Positions 1-8,552 of a stretch of 64,000 bases of DNA are shown piece by piece. The stretch lies in IMG/VR virus record IMGVR_UViG_3300020152_000002, positions 23,607 through 87,606 of that record; one strand, 5' to 3'. The DNA is from a virus. The notes under the pieces are model-generated. The model saw nothing but the letters and a program-made list of their open reading frames with translations, had not been told where the DNA came from and searched no databases. Every line of letters begins with the position of its first letter. Position 1 is the first letter of the stretch. The position numbers and the translations under genes are program-made.

Positions 1-2
1 CT

Positions 3-107
3 CTTGAGGCGTCGCAGGCTTCGCGCGCCGTTCGCGGCGCTTTCGTCGCGTGGCGAGATCGGAACGGCTGGCGGTTCTACCGCAACGGCCGCCGCATCGC
101 CGTCTAA
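3..107 (+). CDS. 3' end of an early hypothetical protein (truncated by window)
   Basis: Open frame ...AWRDRNGWRFYRNGRRIAV ending at TAA 105-107, inside the 22-bp repeat. Confidence 0.55.
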   Translation, partial: LEASQASRAVRGAFVAWRDRNGWRFYRNGRRIAV

Positions 108-118
108 CCCTTCACACA
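97..118 (+). repeat. 22-bp direct repeat copy 1 TCGCCGTCTAACCCTTCACACA
   Basis: Exact second copy at 965-986; both include the upstream gene's TAA. Confidence 0.9.
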
Positions 119-145
119 ACCGGAACCGCGAAAGGAAACCGGACC

Positions 146-334
146 ATGAGCAAGAGCTTTCATTCCCGCCTTCGGGACGCGCTAGACGACGCGCATTGCG
201 GCGAAGGCCGCTTGAGCACGGTTGAGCACTATCGGCTTAAGCGCGCCATGCGCGAAGCCAATATGCGCGGCCGTCAGTTTCAGGACGCCGAAGAACTCGC
301 CGAGTTCATCGCAGGCGGGAGGCGCTTTCAATGA
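146..334 (+). CDS. early hypothetical protein
   Basis: AAAGGAAA RBS before ATG146; ATGA overlap with next gene. Confidence 0.75.
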   Translation: MSKSFHSRLRDALDDAHCGEGRLSTVEHYRLKRAMREANMRGRQFQDAEELAEFIAGGRRFQ

Positions 335-975
335 GGCGCGTCGGAACCTTGGCGGAGGAATACCGCCGCAACCGTCAAACCGGCGCTTCCGCGCTTACCG
401 CCTATCAATGGGCGAAGTCCGCGCGCGAAACGTCCGCGTTCTGGTATCGCGCCGAAGGCGTCAGCAAATACAAAACCAGCTTTTGCAACGCGGACGGCGC
501 GGAAGTTTGGGAGATCGAAAGCAAGTCCGGCGCTATCCGCGCGGAAATCGCCATCATGCCGGATTATGACGGCGGGTTAGACTTCGATCACGGAACGGAA
601 GATTACGCGAGCTTCCGCCGTTACTTCCGCGAAACTGCCAAACTGGGCAAACACGCGGCGCACGTCGCGGCCGTCAAAGCCTTGCGGCAGTATGAAGAAG
701 ACCAGAAAGGCGAGAACAACGGCAGTTGCTACGGCGTCGCCGTCCGCGTCTTTCACAACGTCCCGCGCTTAGAGGCTGGCGAGCCGATAGGCGAGGACTC
801 GCTTTGGGGTATCTGCGTCAACGACGACGCGGAAGGCGAGCGTTATCTTTGGGAATGCGCCGCCCAAGTCTACGCCGAAGCAACTAGCGGCCTTTGCCGC
901 AAGATCAGGGACGCGCGCCGCGAAGCGTTCCGCGCCATCATGGCGGAAGCCTTCGCGGCTAACTTCGCCGTCTAA
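331..975 (+). CDS. early hypothetical protein
   Basis: 214-aa ORF translationally coupled to the previous gene. Confidence 0.8.
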   Translation: MRRVGTLAEEYRRNRQTGASALTAYQWAKSARETSAFWYRAEGVSKYKTSFCNADGAEVWEIESKSGAIRAEIAIMPDYDGGLDFDHGTEDYASFRRYFRETAKLGKHAAHVAAVKALRQYEEDQKGENNGSCYGVAVRVFHNVPRLEAGEPIGEDSLWGICVNDDAEGERYLWECAAQVYAEATSGLCRKIRDARREAFRAIMAEAFAANFAV

Positions 976-986
976 CCCTTCACACA
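965..986 (+). repeat. 22-bp direct repeat copy 2
   Basis: Identical to 97-118. Confidence 0.9.
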
Positions 987-1012
987 GTCGAGACAGACAA
1001 GGAAACAAGCCA

Positions 1013-2440
1013 ATGGCTAAGGTCTTCAATAACAGCATGGTCGCGCACGTTTGGGCGCAAGGCGAACAGCCGTCCGGCCGTTCGCATAACGGCAACTTCT
1101 ACTTTGACGGCCGTATCCTCTACTCATACGGAAGTCACTTCGCGGTTGGCGTCCGCATGAACAACGCGCAAGCCGTCCTGAACTCGGATAGCTATTCGAT
1201 CAGCACGACGGGAATGCAAAGCGACGCCAGCCGCGCGACTATCCATTTCGAGACAGTCCGCGTTCCGAAGCTACAGGACATCGCGCGAGACCTTTCTTAC
1301 ATCGCCAATAACGGCGTGAAGGGCGGCCGAAGCGCGGACGCCGTGGCGGCCGTCATCCGGCATATCGAAACTCACGCGGCGGCGCTGCAATACAGGGCGC
1401 GCGGCGCTTGGGATTACAGCAAGTCGGAATATCCCGAAGCTGGCGAGGCGACGGCGGCCGAAACGCTCTTGCGGTTCTGCGGCATTCCGAAGGCGCGAGC
1501 CGCAGCCGCGATCAAGCGCGGACTGGCGAGCGCCGAAAAGCGCGCCAAGGCGGAAGCGGCTGATCAGCGGAAGCGCGACAAGGCGGAAGCCGTCGCCTTC
1601 GCGGACATGACGCCGAATGAGTTTGACGCGGTTATGGAGCGGCGTTTTCACGTCCGGCCGTTCAACGGCAACCGTTCAAACGACATCTATCAGGCGGAGG
1701 CTTTGCAGCGCGTCAGCAAGGCGCTTTTCCGCATGATCAAAACGGCGAAGGCGGAAAAGCTATCCGCCGCGCGCCTTGGCCGTTTGAAGGCGCATCGCGC
1801 GGGAGTTCTCGCCACGCTCAAAGCCTATAACGACGACGCGGCGGAATACGTCGCGCGGCAACACGCCGAACGCTTCGCCAACTGGGAAGCGCGCTACACG
1901 GCCGCGAAGGATGACGCCGAACGGCTCGCCGTCTGGCGGACAAACGGCGTCAGTTCGGCCGCCTATGCGGAAGGCTCGCCAGAGCGCGCCAAGCTAGAAG
2001 CGGCGGAAGCCGAAGGGCGCGCGCTGGATAGCGCCGACAGAATGGCGAAGGAACGCGAGCAACGCGAAGCGTGGTTGCGTGGCGAGGGTCCGGCGCGCGT
2101 GTATCTGTCGGGACCGAACGGGACGGCGCTAGTTCGCCGCTCGCCAGACGGCGAACGGCTGGAAACGTCGCAGGGCGCGGACGTGCCTTGGGATCACGCC
2201 GTCAAAGCCTTCCGCTTCATCCGTCTGTGTGTGGAGCGCGGCGAAGGCTTCAAGAGCAACGGCCGAACCGTCCGCGTCGGTCACTTCCGCGTGGATGAGA
2301 TCACGGCGGAAGGCGACATGCGCGCCGGTTGCCATCGCTTCTCTTGGGAAGCCATGCGCGAGCTTGCGGAGCGTGAAGGCGTCTTTGAGCTTCCGCCGTC
2401 TGCGGAGGCAGTCGAGACGCGCGAAGGCGTCGCGCATTGA
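1013..2440 (+). CDS. early hypothetical phage protein (N-terminal VAHVWA...YSYGSHF domain, helical middle, C-terminal ETSQGA..GCH domain)
   Basis: AAGGAAA RBS; 475-aa ORF; motifs I recognise from phage early proteins. Confidence 0.85.
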   Translation: MAKVFNNSMVAHVWAQGEQPSGRSHNGNFYFDGRILYSYGSHFAVGVRMNNAQAVLNSDSYSISTTGMQSDASRATIHFETVRVPKLQDIARDLSYIANNGVKGGRSADAVAAVIRHIETHAAALQYRARGAWDYSKSEYPEAGEATAAETLLRFCGIPKARAAAAIKRGLASAEKRAKAEAADQRKRDKAEAVAFADMTPNEFDAVMERRFHVRPFNGNRSNDIYQAEALQRVSKALFRMIKTAKAEKLSAARLGRLKAHRAGVLATLKAYNDDAAEYVARQHAERFANWEARYTAAKDDAERLAVWRTNGVSSAAYAEGSPERAKLEAAEAEGRALDSADRMAKEREQREAWLRGEGPARVYLSGPNGTALVRRSPDGERLETSQGADVPWDHAVKAFRFIRLCVERGEGFKSNGRTVRVGHFRVDEITAEGDMRAGCHRFSWEAMRELAEREGVFELPPSAEAVETREGVAH

Positions 2441-2634
2441 ACGTCTGTGACAACGCCAGACGCGACGCGCATCTAATGGCGAGGCGGGAACGTGACCGCC
2501 TCGCCATGCAAGCGACGCTTAAGCAGGCAAGGGCGGCCGTCCTAAGCAGCCGTCAGAACGCAGGGGTTAAGGGCGGGTTAATCGGCCTAGCCGTTGCGGT
2601 CATAACGTGGCCTTTTAGTCACATGAAGCAGTAA
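2437..2634 (+). CDS. small hypothetical protein with C-terminal hydrophobic segment
   Basis: TTGA overlap with upstream stop; GLIGLAVAVITWPF; start may instead be ATG2476. Confidence 0.5.
   Translation: MNVCDNARRDAHLMARRERDRLAMQATLKQARAAVLSSRQNAGVKGGLIGLAVAVITWPFSHMKQ
2567..2581. promoter_or_regulatory. CtrA-binding box TTAA-N7-TTAA
   Basis: TTAAgggcgggTTAA matches the alphaproteobacterial CtrA consensus; TTAA is rare in this GC-rich sequence. Confidence 0.7.
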
Positions 2635-2652
2635 GCCAGTAGAGGCAGAGTA

Positions 2653-2698
2653 GAGCGCAAGTAATCGCAGCCAATGAGCGAAGCGGTTACTTGCGTTC
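2653..2698 (+). terminator. long hairpin closing the early region
   Basis: GAGCGCAAGTAATCGC / GCGGTTACTTGCGTTC, 16-bp stem with 2 G-U pairs; no clear U-tract. Confidence 0.5.
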
Positions 2699-3031
2699 AT
2701 CTGTTCAATGTCAGTTGAGCACAAGTAAGAGGGAAGATGAGCCAAGCATTCAAAACCCGAATCCCCCAATGGCACAGTAGAGCGGGGTTCGGCCGGGCTC
2801 GACAGCGAATGTGTCTACGCAACCCGTAAAATAGTTCAAAAAGGATCGCCAAAAGTGCAAAACAAGGCAGTCCTGAATAAAAAGCATGTGTTCGCTGTAT
2901 TTTAATCGCAGAATGCCCCAAATCGCCCTAATAGACCGCCTTCGAGCGCAGATTTTTCAGAAATAGGAGCCGAAAAAGCTCCAAATGCGCCAATCTGAAT
3001 AAAATCCCCGCCTTGCCCGGCCCAAATCGCC

Positions 3032-3060
3032 TTGACGCCGCAGCGTCCGGCAAGCATTTT
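3032..3060 (+). promoter_or_regulatory. sigma70-like promoter, probably giving a leaderless terS mRNA
   Basis: TTGACG-N17-CATTTT, 6 nt before ATG3067; no SD. Confidence 0.5.
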
Positions 3061-3066
3061 CGGCGC

Positions 3067-3765
3067 ATGTCCGCTCTCGCCCTCCAATCCGACGACTACA
3101 TGCGCGTCGAACCGCTCGGCCCCGCCGAGAAGGCGGAGATCGTAGACGCGCTCTACAAGCACTTCTCGATGCAGAAGGTCGTCGAAGCCACAGGCTACGA
3201 TCTGCGGCGGATTATGACCGCCATCGACGAAGACCCGGAGTTCTCGAACGCCATGGCGCTCGCCGAACGGCACCTGTCGGTGATCGGTGAGGACGAGCTT
3301 AAGCGCCGCGCGATCCACGGGGTCGATAGCGTCGTGGTCGCCAACGGCCGCGTCGTCTATCAGGTCGTGGACGGCGTTCGCCGCCCGATGGTCGAGACCA
3401 AATACAGCGACGCGCTGCTCAAGACCTATCTCGAAGCCAACCGGCGCGACAAGTTCGGTGCCAAGCTCGAAGTGACCACCACGCACAAGGGCGTCATCGC
3501 CCTGCCTGCGTTCTCGCCCGAGATGATGCAGCTTCTCTTGGCCGATGCCAGAGGGGAGCGCGTCGAACTGATCGTGGATCAGGAGATGGACGCCGAGGAC
3601 AAGCCGGAAGTGATCGACGCCGAATACAGCGTCGTCGGGGAAGCCGCCAACACGGACGCCGAGTTCGAGCGCGCCGATGATGAGACGATCCGTCAGCGCG
3701 TCCGGGAGATGACCCGCGAGACGGTCCCGGAGTCGGCCACGGAAGACGGCTTCGACATCCTGTGA
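3067..3765 (+). CDS. terS: terminase small subunit
   Basis: ELKRRAIHG...YSDALLKTYLEANRRDKF motif; lies directly upstream of TerL. Confidence 0.8.
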   Translation: MSALALQSDDYMRVEPLGPAEKAEIVDALYKHFSMQKVVEATGYDLRRIMTAIDEDPEFSNAMALAERHLSVIGEDELKRRAIHGVDSVVVANGRVVYQVVDGVRRPMVETKYSDALLKTYLEANRRDKFGAKLEVTTTHKGVIALPAFSPEMMQLLLADARGERVELIVDQEMDAEDKPEVIDAEYSVVGEAANTDAEFERADDETIRQRVREMTRETVPESATEDGFDIL

Positions 3766-5294
3766 AAATCCGGGTCTCGCCAGAGCTATACGCCGCCTAT
3801 CAGGCTGCGAAGAAGGCGTTCGACAACGCCGCGTGGCGTCCAAACAGCGTCGCCCAGTGCCTCGCCATCAACTGTCAGGAGCCCGAGCTACTGCTTGAGG
3901 GCAACCGAGGCGGCGGCAAGACGATCACGCTGCTGATGACCTACGCCGTCTACGTCGATAAGGGGTTCGGCGCGGCGTGGCGCGGGATCATCTTCCGTAA
4001 CACCTACAAGGCGCTGGAAGACATCATCAACCAGTCCAAAAAAGTGTTCTGGCGCATCTGGCCTGACGCGACCTTCAACGAGACGGAGCGTCTGTGGCGC
4101 TTCCCGAACGGTGAAAGCCTCAAGTTCTCGCAGTTCGCAACTCCCGACGACTATAACACATGGCACGGTCAGGAGTTTCCCTTCATCGGATGGGAAGAAC
4201 TGACGAACTATCCGACCGACGCCTGCTATCGGTCGATGATGTCGTGTAACCGCTCTAGCTCGCCGGGCATTCCGAAGATCATCCGCGCGACGACCAACCC
4301 GTCCGGTCCCGGCAAGCGGTGGGTGAAGAACCGCTGGCAACTGCCGACCATGCGGAACCAGTGTCTCGTCGATCTCAAGGACGAGGACGGTTACGAAGTC
4401 CCGAACAGGATGTCTCTGCACTTCAAGTTCGAGGACAACCTTGATCTGGTGCGCGTGGACCCGAAATACATGTCGCGGGTGCGGCAGTCGGCGGCGAACG
4501 CCGAAATCCGCAAGGCGTGGGTGGAAGGCGACTGGAACTCGAAGTCGGGCGGGTTCTTCGACGAGTGCTTCGAGCCGTCGATCCACATGATCCCGAAGTT
4601 CGTCATCCCGGAGGGCTGGAAGCTGTTCCGGGCTCTCGACTGGGGCTACAACGCGCCCTACAGCTACGGCGTCTACGCCGAGTGCCCGGAAACCACCATC
4701 GTCGATCTCGAACCCGAGCGGAAGATCATCAACGGCGTCGCGCACGACATCCCGCGCCAGATGTTGTTCATCAGGGGCGACATCGTGCGGGTGTTCGAGG
4801 ACTACGGCTGGGTGCCGACCAGTGGTCAGAACAAAGGCGTCCGGTTGTCACCGGCAGCGGCGGCCGAACGGTTCAAGATGCTCGAAATGAAGTGGGGCAT
4901 CCATAAGCTGATCAAGGGCGGCGTCGCCGGGGTCGATCTCTGGAACACGCAGACCGACGACAACGCCCCGATCCACCAGTTCGAGCTACGCGATCTCGAC
5001 ATGGACAAGGCAGACGTGAGCCGGGGTAGCCGGAAAGGCGGCCTGATGACGCTCGTCTCCTACCTAGAGAACGCGGTGCCCAAGGCAGTAGACGGGATGC
5101 GTCTTCCGAGGGAGAACCCGGCGCTGTTCTTCATCGAAGCCAACAACGCGCAGGCTCTACGCATCCTCTCCGAGATCACACCCGACCCGGAGAACCCCGA
5201 TGACTTCCACAAGGACGCGGAAGACCATATCATCGACGAAATCCGCTACATTCTGTCCCGGCGGGACCAGTCGGTCAGGCAGCATCACGCCTGA
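3762..5294 (+). CDS. terL: terminase large subunit
   Basis: Walker A GNRGGGKT, Walker B FIGWEE, TTNPSG motif, nuclease ALDWGY and EDHIIDEIRY. Confidence 0.95.
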   Translation: MKIRVSPELYAAYQAAKKAFDNAAWRPNSVAQCLAINCQEPELLLEGNRGGGKTITLLMTYAVYVDKGFGAAWRGIIFRNTYKALEDIINQSKKVFWRIWPDATFNETERLWRFPNGESLKFSQFATPDDYNTWHGQEFPFIGWEELTNYPTDACYRSMMSCNRSSSPGIPKIIRATTNPSGPGKRWVKNRWQLPTMRNQCLVDLKDEDGYEVPNRMSLHFKFEDNLDLVRVDPKYMSRVRQSAANAEIRKAWVEGDWNSKSGGFFDECFEPSIHMIPKFVIPEGWKLFRALDWGYNAPYSYGVYAECPETTIVDLEPERKIINGVAHDIPRQMLFIRGDIVRVFEDYGWVPTSGQNKGVRLSPAAAAERFKMLEMKWGIHKLIKGGVAGVDLWNTQTDDNAPIHQFELRDLDMDKADVSRGSRKGGLMTLVSYLENAVPKAVDGMRLPRENPALFFIEANNAQALRILSEITPDPENPDDFHKDAEDHIIDEIRYILSRRDQSVRQHHA

Positions 5295-5310
5295 TCAGCG
5301 TGACGGCGGC

Positions 5311-5340
5311 TTGAAAACCCATCCACCCCTCGCGTAGGCT
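5311..5340 (+). promoter_or_regulatory. late promoter (18-bp spacer)
   Basis: TTGAAA-N18-TAGGCT, 8 nt before the portal ATG. Confidence 0.6.
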
Positions 5341-5348
5341 CCCCGCCC

Positions 5349-6908
5349 ATGGCCCGACAACCCAAGTCCGTCGTAGACAATGCCCGGAGGCAGGCCCGCC
5401 AGACCAAGGCGGCGCTGGACCCCTCCACGCCTTCGCTCGACTACAAGGCGCTGCAAGGCGACTGGAACCTGATCTCGACGGTGCTGGGCGGCACGAAGTC
5501 GATGCGCGCGGCCGGGAAGTCCCTGCTGCCGCAGCACGAAGGCGAGAGCGATCTGCGCTACAAGGATCGCCTGAACAGCGCCACCTTCACGAACTACACG
5601 GCGCTGACGCTCGATCACTGGTGCGGCAAGCCGTTCTCGAAGCCCGCCGTCATCTCGAAGGACAGCGACCCCGACATCATCAAACTAGCGGCCGACATCG
5701 ACCTGTGTGGCTCCGAACTGACGGTGGTCCTGAAAGACTGGTTCACGAAGGGCATGGCGAAGCGCCGTGCCTACTGCCTCGTCGAGTATCCGAAGGTGCC
5801 GGATCACATTCGGGCTCGCGGCGTGACCTTGGCCGACGAACAGCGTCTCAATCTGCGCCCTTACTGGGTGATCATCCCGGCGGAGGCGATGATCGCGCCC
5901 CGCAAGGAGCGGGTGAACGGCGAAGACATCTTCACGAACGTCCGCTTCTACGACAACGAGACCTACTACGACGGTTTCGAGGAAAAGGTGCGGGTCCGCA
6001 TCCGCGAGATCGAACGTGCGGTCCTCGAACGCGACGAGTTCGGCGACGAAGTGAGCGTCGTCGTGCGGACGCGCCTTCACGTCAAGAAGGATCGCAACGA
6101 GTGGGACACGAAGGACTGGGAAACGGTCGATGCGCCGGATAACCTGATCACGCTCGTCGAGTTCGACACCGGCAAGCTCGAACTGCTCGATCTCGCCTAC
6201 CTGAACATCACGCACTGGCAGTCGGCGTCGGATCAACGCAACTGCCTGACCACCGCGCGCTTCCCGATCCTCGCGGCCAAGGGCGTCGCGGCGGATACGG
6301 TCGTGACCATCGGCCCCTACGCCTTCCTCGCGTCGAAGGACTCGAACAGCGAGTTCTACTACGTCGAGCACGGAGGCGCGGCGCTGGACGCCGGGCAGAC
6401 CGATCTCGACAAGCTCACCGAAGACATGGCGCTCTACGGGGCGGAGATGCTGAAACAGCGTCCCGACCGGGAGACCGCAACATCTCGGGTTCTGGACCAA
6501 GCAGAAAACACAGCCCCCTTGCAGGTGCATGTGTTCAACTTCATCAGCGCCGTCAACATGGCGCTGTATTACACCGCTCGTTGGCTGGACAAGCCCGAGA
6601 ACACGGTGGCGCGCATCGAGATGGATACTGACTTTGCGCTGTCGGCGGAAGCGACGCAAAAAGTCGATCACTTGAAGGAACTTCGCAAGTCGGGGGACAT
6701 TTCACGCAAGCAACTTCTCACTGGCATGAAAGAGGCCAAGGCTCTGCCCGACAGCTTCGACATCACCGCCAATGAGTCGGAGCTTGACGCGGAAGCCGAT
6801 GCCAAGGCCACAAAGGCGGCGGACGCGGCGAAGAAGCTGGCAGCCGCCAGTCCACCCAAACCCGCTCCGGGTAGTCCGGGCGGGAAGACCCCGGAGAAAG
6901 ACCAATGA
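5349..6908 (+). CDS. portal protein (DUF4055-like)
   Basis: LGGTKSMRAAG..LLP..Y..RL..A.F.NY and LLDLAYLNITHWQSASD motifs; follows TerL. Confidence 0.92.
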   Translation: MARQPKSVVDNARRQARQTKAALDPSTPSLDYKALQGDWNLISTVLGGTKSMRAAGKSLLPQHEGESDLRYKDRLNSATFTNYTALTLDHWCGKPFSKPAVISKDSDPDIIKLAADIDLCGSELTVVLKDWFTKGMAKRRAYCLVEYPKVPDHIRARGVTLADEQRLNLRPYWVIIPAEAMIAPRKERVNGEDIFTNVRFYDNETYYDGFEEKVRVRIREIERAVLERDEFGDEVSVVVRTRLHVKKDRNEWDTKDWETVDAPDNLITLVEFDTGKLELLDLAYLNITHWQSASDQRNCLTTARFPILAAKGVAADTVVTIGPYAFLASKDSNSEFYYVEHGGAALDAGQTDLDKLTEDMALYGAEMLKQRPDRETATSRVLDQAENTAPLQVHVFNFISAVNMALYYTARWLDKPENTVARIEMDTDFALSAEATQKVDHLKELRKSGDISRKQLLTGMKEAKALPDSFDITANESELDAEADAKATKAADAAKKLAAASPPKPAPGSPGGKTPEKDQ

Positions 6909-7588
6909 ACAAGACCCCCTACGTCGGCATGACTGTCGTCGTCCATGATCGCGGCCGTCCGCAGGCCGGGCGCGATGTCCACCCCGCCATCATCACGCAG
7001 GTCGTGAACGAAGGTGCGGGCACCATCGCCGTCCGCGTCCTGCCCGAACAGGGCGTGGACTACCCGATCAAGGCCATCAACTACATGCACGGCGACGCCT
7101 ACATGGAGGGCCTGTCGTGGCGCTGGCCCGAAGACCCGTCCAAGGTCCAGACCGGCGCTGGCGAGGCCCGCACCCCGGCTCCGCAGGACGTGGCGGCCCC
7201 GACGCCGGGCGACCACGAGCCCCGCACCGTCGCCGGGAAGGAAGTCGCCAAGCCGGGCGACGCTCCGCAGGCCGGTCAGTCCAGCGACGTGACGGGCGAA
7301 GGCTCGCTCGCGGCGCAGGACGGCAACGCCGACGCGGCGGAAGGGGAGGGCGGCGACGATCCGTTCGCCAACCTGACCGACACCCCGCAGGACGGCAAGA
7401 AGCCCGCTGACGGTGCCGACAGCGCCTCGGTCGCCAACGCGGCCGGGAACGTCGCCGACACCGCCGCCGGAGCCGACGCCAACACGTCCGACGCGACGAA
7501 GGGCAGCCTGACGGCCGCCTCGGAAGGCGCGCAGAAGGCGGGCGACAAGGCCGCCGACAAGAAGGACGACGGCAAGAAGGCCAAGTAA
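6905..7588 (+). CDS. hypothetical protein (folded N-terminus, disordered Ala/Asp-rich tail)
   Basis: GGAGAAAG RBS, strong codon bias. Confidence 0.8.
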   Translation: MNKTPYVGMTVVVHDRGRPQAGRDVHPAIITQVVNEGAGTIAVRVLPEQGVDYPIKAINYMHGDAYMEGLSWRWPEDPSKVQTGAGEARTPAPQDVAAPTPGDHEPRTVAGKEVAKPGDAPQAGQSSDVTGEGSLAAQDGNADAAEGEGGDDPFANLTDTPQDGKKPADGADSASVANAAGNVADTAAGADANTSDATKGSLTAASEGAQKAGDKAADKKDDGKKAK

Positions 7589-7599
7589 GCGTCTCGGAA

Positions 7600-7627
7600 G
7601 GCCGTCCCGGTTAGCGCCGGGACGGCC
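7600..7627 (+). terminator. hairpin
   Basis: GGCCGTCCCGG/CCGGGACGGCC perfect 11-bp stem, no U tail. Confidence 0.5.
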
Positions 7628-7651
7628 GACCACCCTCACGAGGACATCACC

Positions 7652-7840
7652 ATGGACCGTCTGGTTCGCATCATCTTTCTCATCGTTCTTCTCGCCGTCA
7701 TCGCCCTGTGTATCTGGCTACCGTCGCTGCTGCCGATGAACTGGCGCGCGGTCATCGGGTGGATCACGCTGTCCGGGGTCGGTATCGCGGCGGTGATCCT
7801 TCTCGTCGCGTGGAGCTACGCGACAGCCATGCGGTCATAG
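7652..7840 (+). CDS. small 2-TM membrane protein (holin-like)
   Basis: GAGGA RBS; two hydrophobic helices; immediately upstream of the peptidase. Confidence 0.6.
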   Translation: MDRLVRIIFLIVLLAVIALCIWLPSLLPMNWRAVIGWITLSGVGIAAVILLVAWSYATAMRS

Positions 7841-7849
7841 GAGCCGACC

Positions 7850-8455
7850 ATGAACCTGAACCCATTCGCAAACTGGAAAGCCCCCGGCGCGGCGAACGCC
7901 GTCCCCGGTGAAGGCCAGAAGGTCAATCCGGCCGCGCCGTTCGCAGCGGCCTATTGGATCGCGTGGGCGCTGCTGCAAGTCGGCACCCGTGAGATCGTCG
8001 GCCCGCGCCACTCCCCCGTCATCATGGGCTGGATCAGGGAACTCGGCGCGAAGGCGCTGGGCATTCAGGTCAACGACGACGAGACGCCGTGGTGCGGCAC
8101 ATTCGCCGCCATGGTGATGAAGATGGCGAGGCTGTCCATTCCGGCCATCGCCGTGAGAGCGTCCCAGTGGGGCAGGGCTGGAAACTGGGGCCGCGAACTG
8201 CTGGCACCGCGTCCGGGCTGCATCATGGTCTTCACGCGCAACGGCGGCGGTCACGTCGGCTTCTACATGGGGGAGACCCGGACGCACTTCCGCATTCTCG
8301 GCGGCAATCAGTCCAACAGCGTCAGCGAGACGTGGATCGCCAAGGATCGCTTGGCCGAAGGTGGGATGCGCTGGCCCAAGGGTGTGCCCCTGCCCGCCGC
8401 GCATCGCATCCATCTCAAGAGCGACGGCAAGCCCGCTTCGACCAACGAAGCGTAA
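7850..8455 (+). CDS. NlpC/P60-CHAP-type peptidoglycan peptidase (TIGR02594-like), probable endolysin
   Basis: DETPWCGTF catalytic Cys, GGGHVGFY, LGGNQSNSV. Confidence 0.88.
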   Translation: MNLNPFANWKAPGAANAVPGEGQKVNPAAPFAAAYWIAWALLQVGTREIVGPRHSPVIMGWIRELGAKALGIQVNDDETPWCGTFAAMVMKMARLSIPAIAVRASQWGRAGNWGRELLAPRPGCIMVFTRNGGGHVGFYMGETRTHFRILGGNQSNSVSETWIAKDRLAEGGMRWPKGVPLPAAHRIHLKSDGKPASTNEA

Positions 8456-8469
8456 AAGCCCTCTCGACA

Positions 8470-8499
8470 GATGCGGCCCTAGTCGTCTAGGGTCGCATC
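8470..8499 (+). terminator. hairpin after the peptidase gene
   Basis: GATGCGGCCCTAG/CTAGGGTCGCATC. Confidence 0.55.
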
Positions 8500-8552
8500 A
8501 CTTCATTCACCACCCCCGTTACGCACGGTTCAGATCAGGGTAAGCACTCCCC

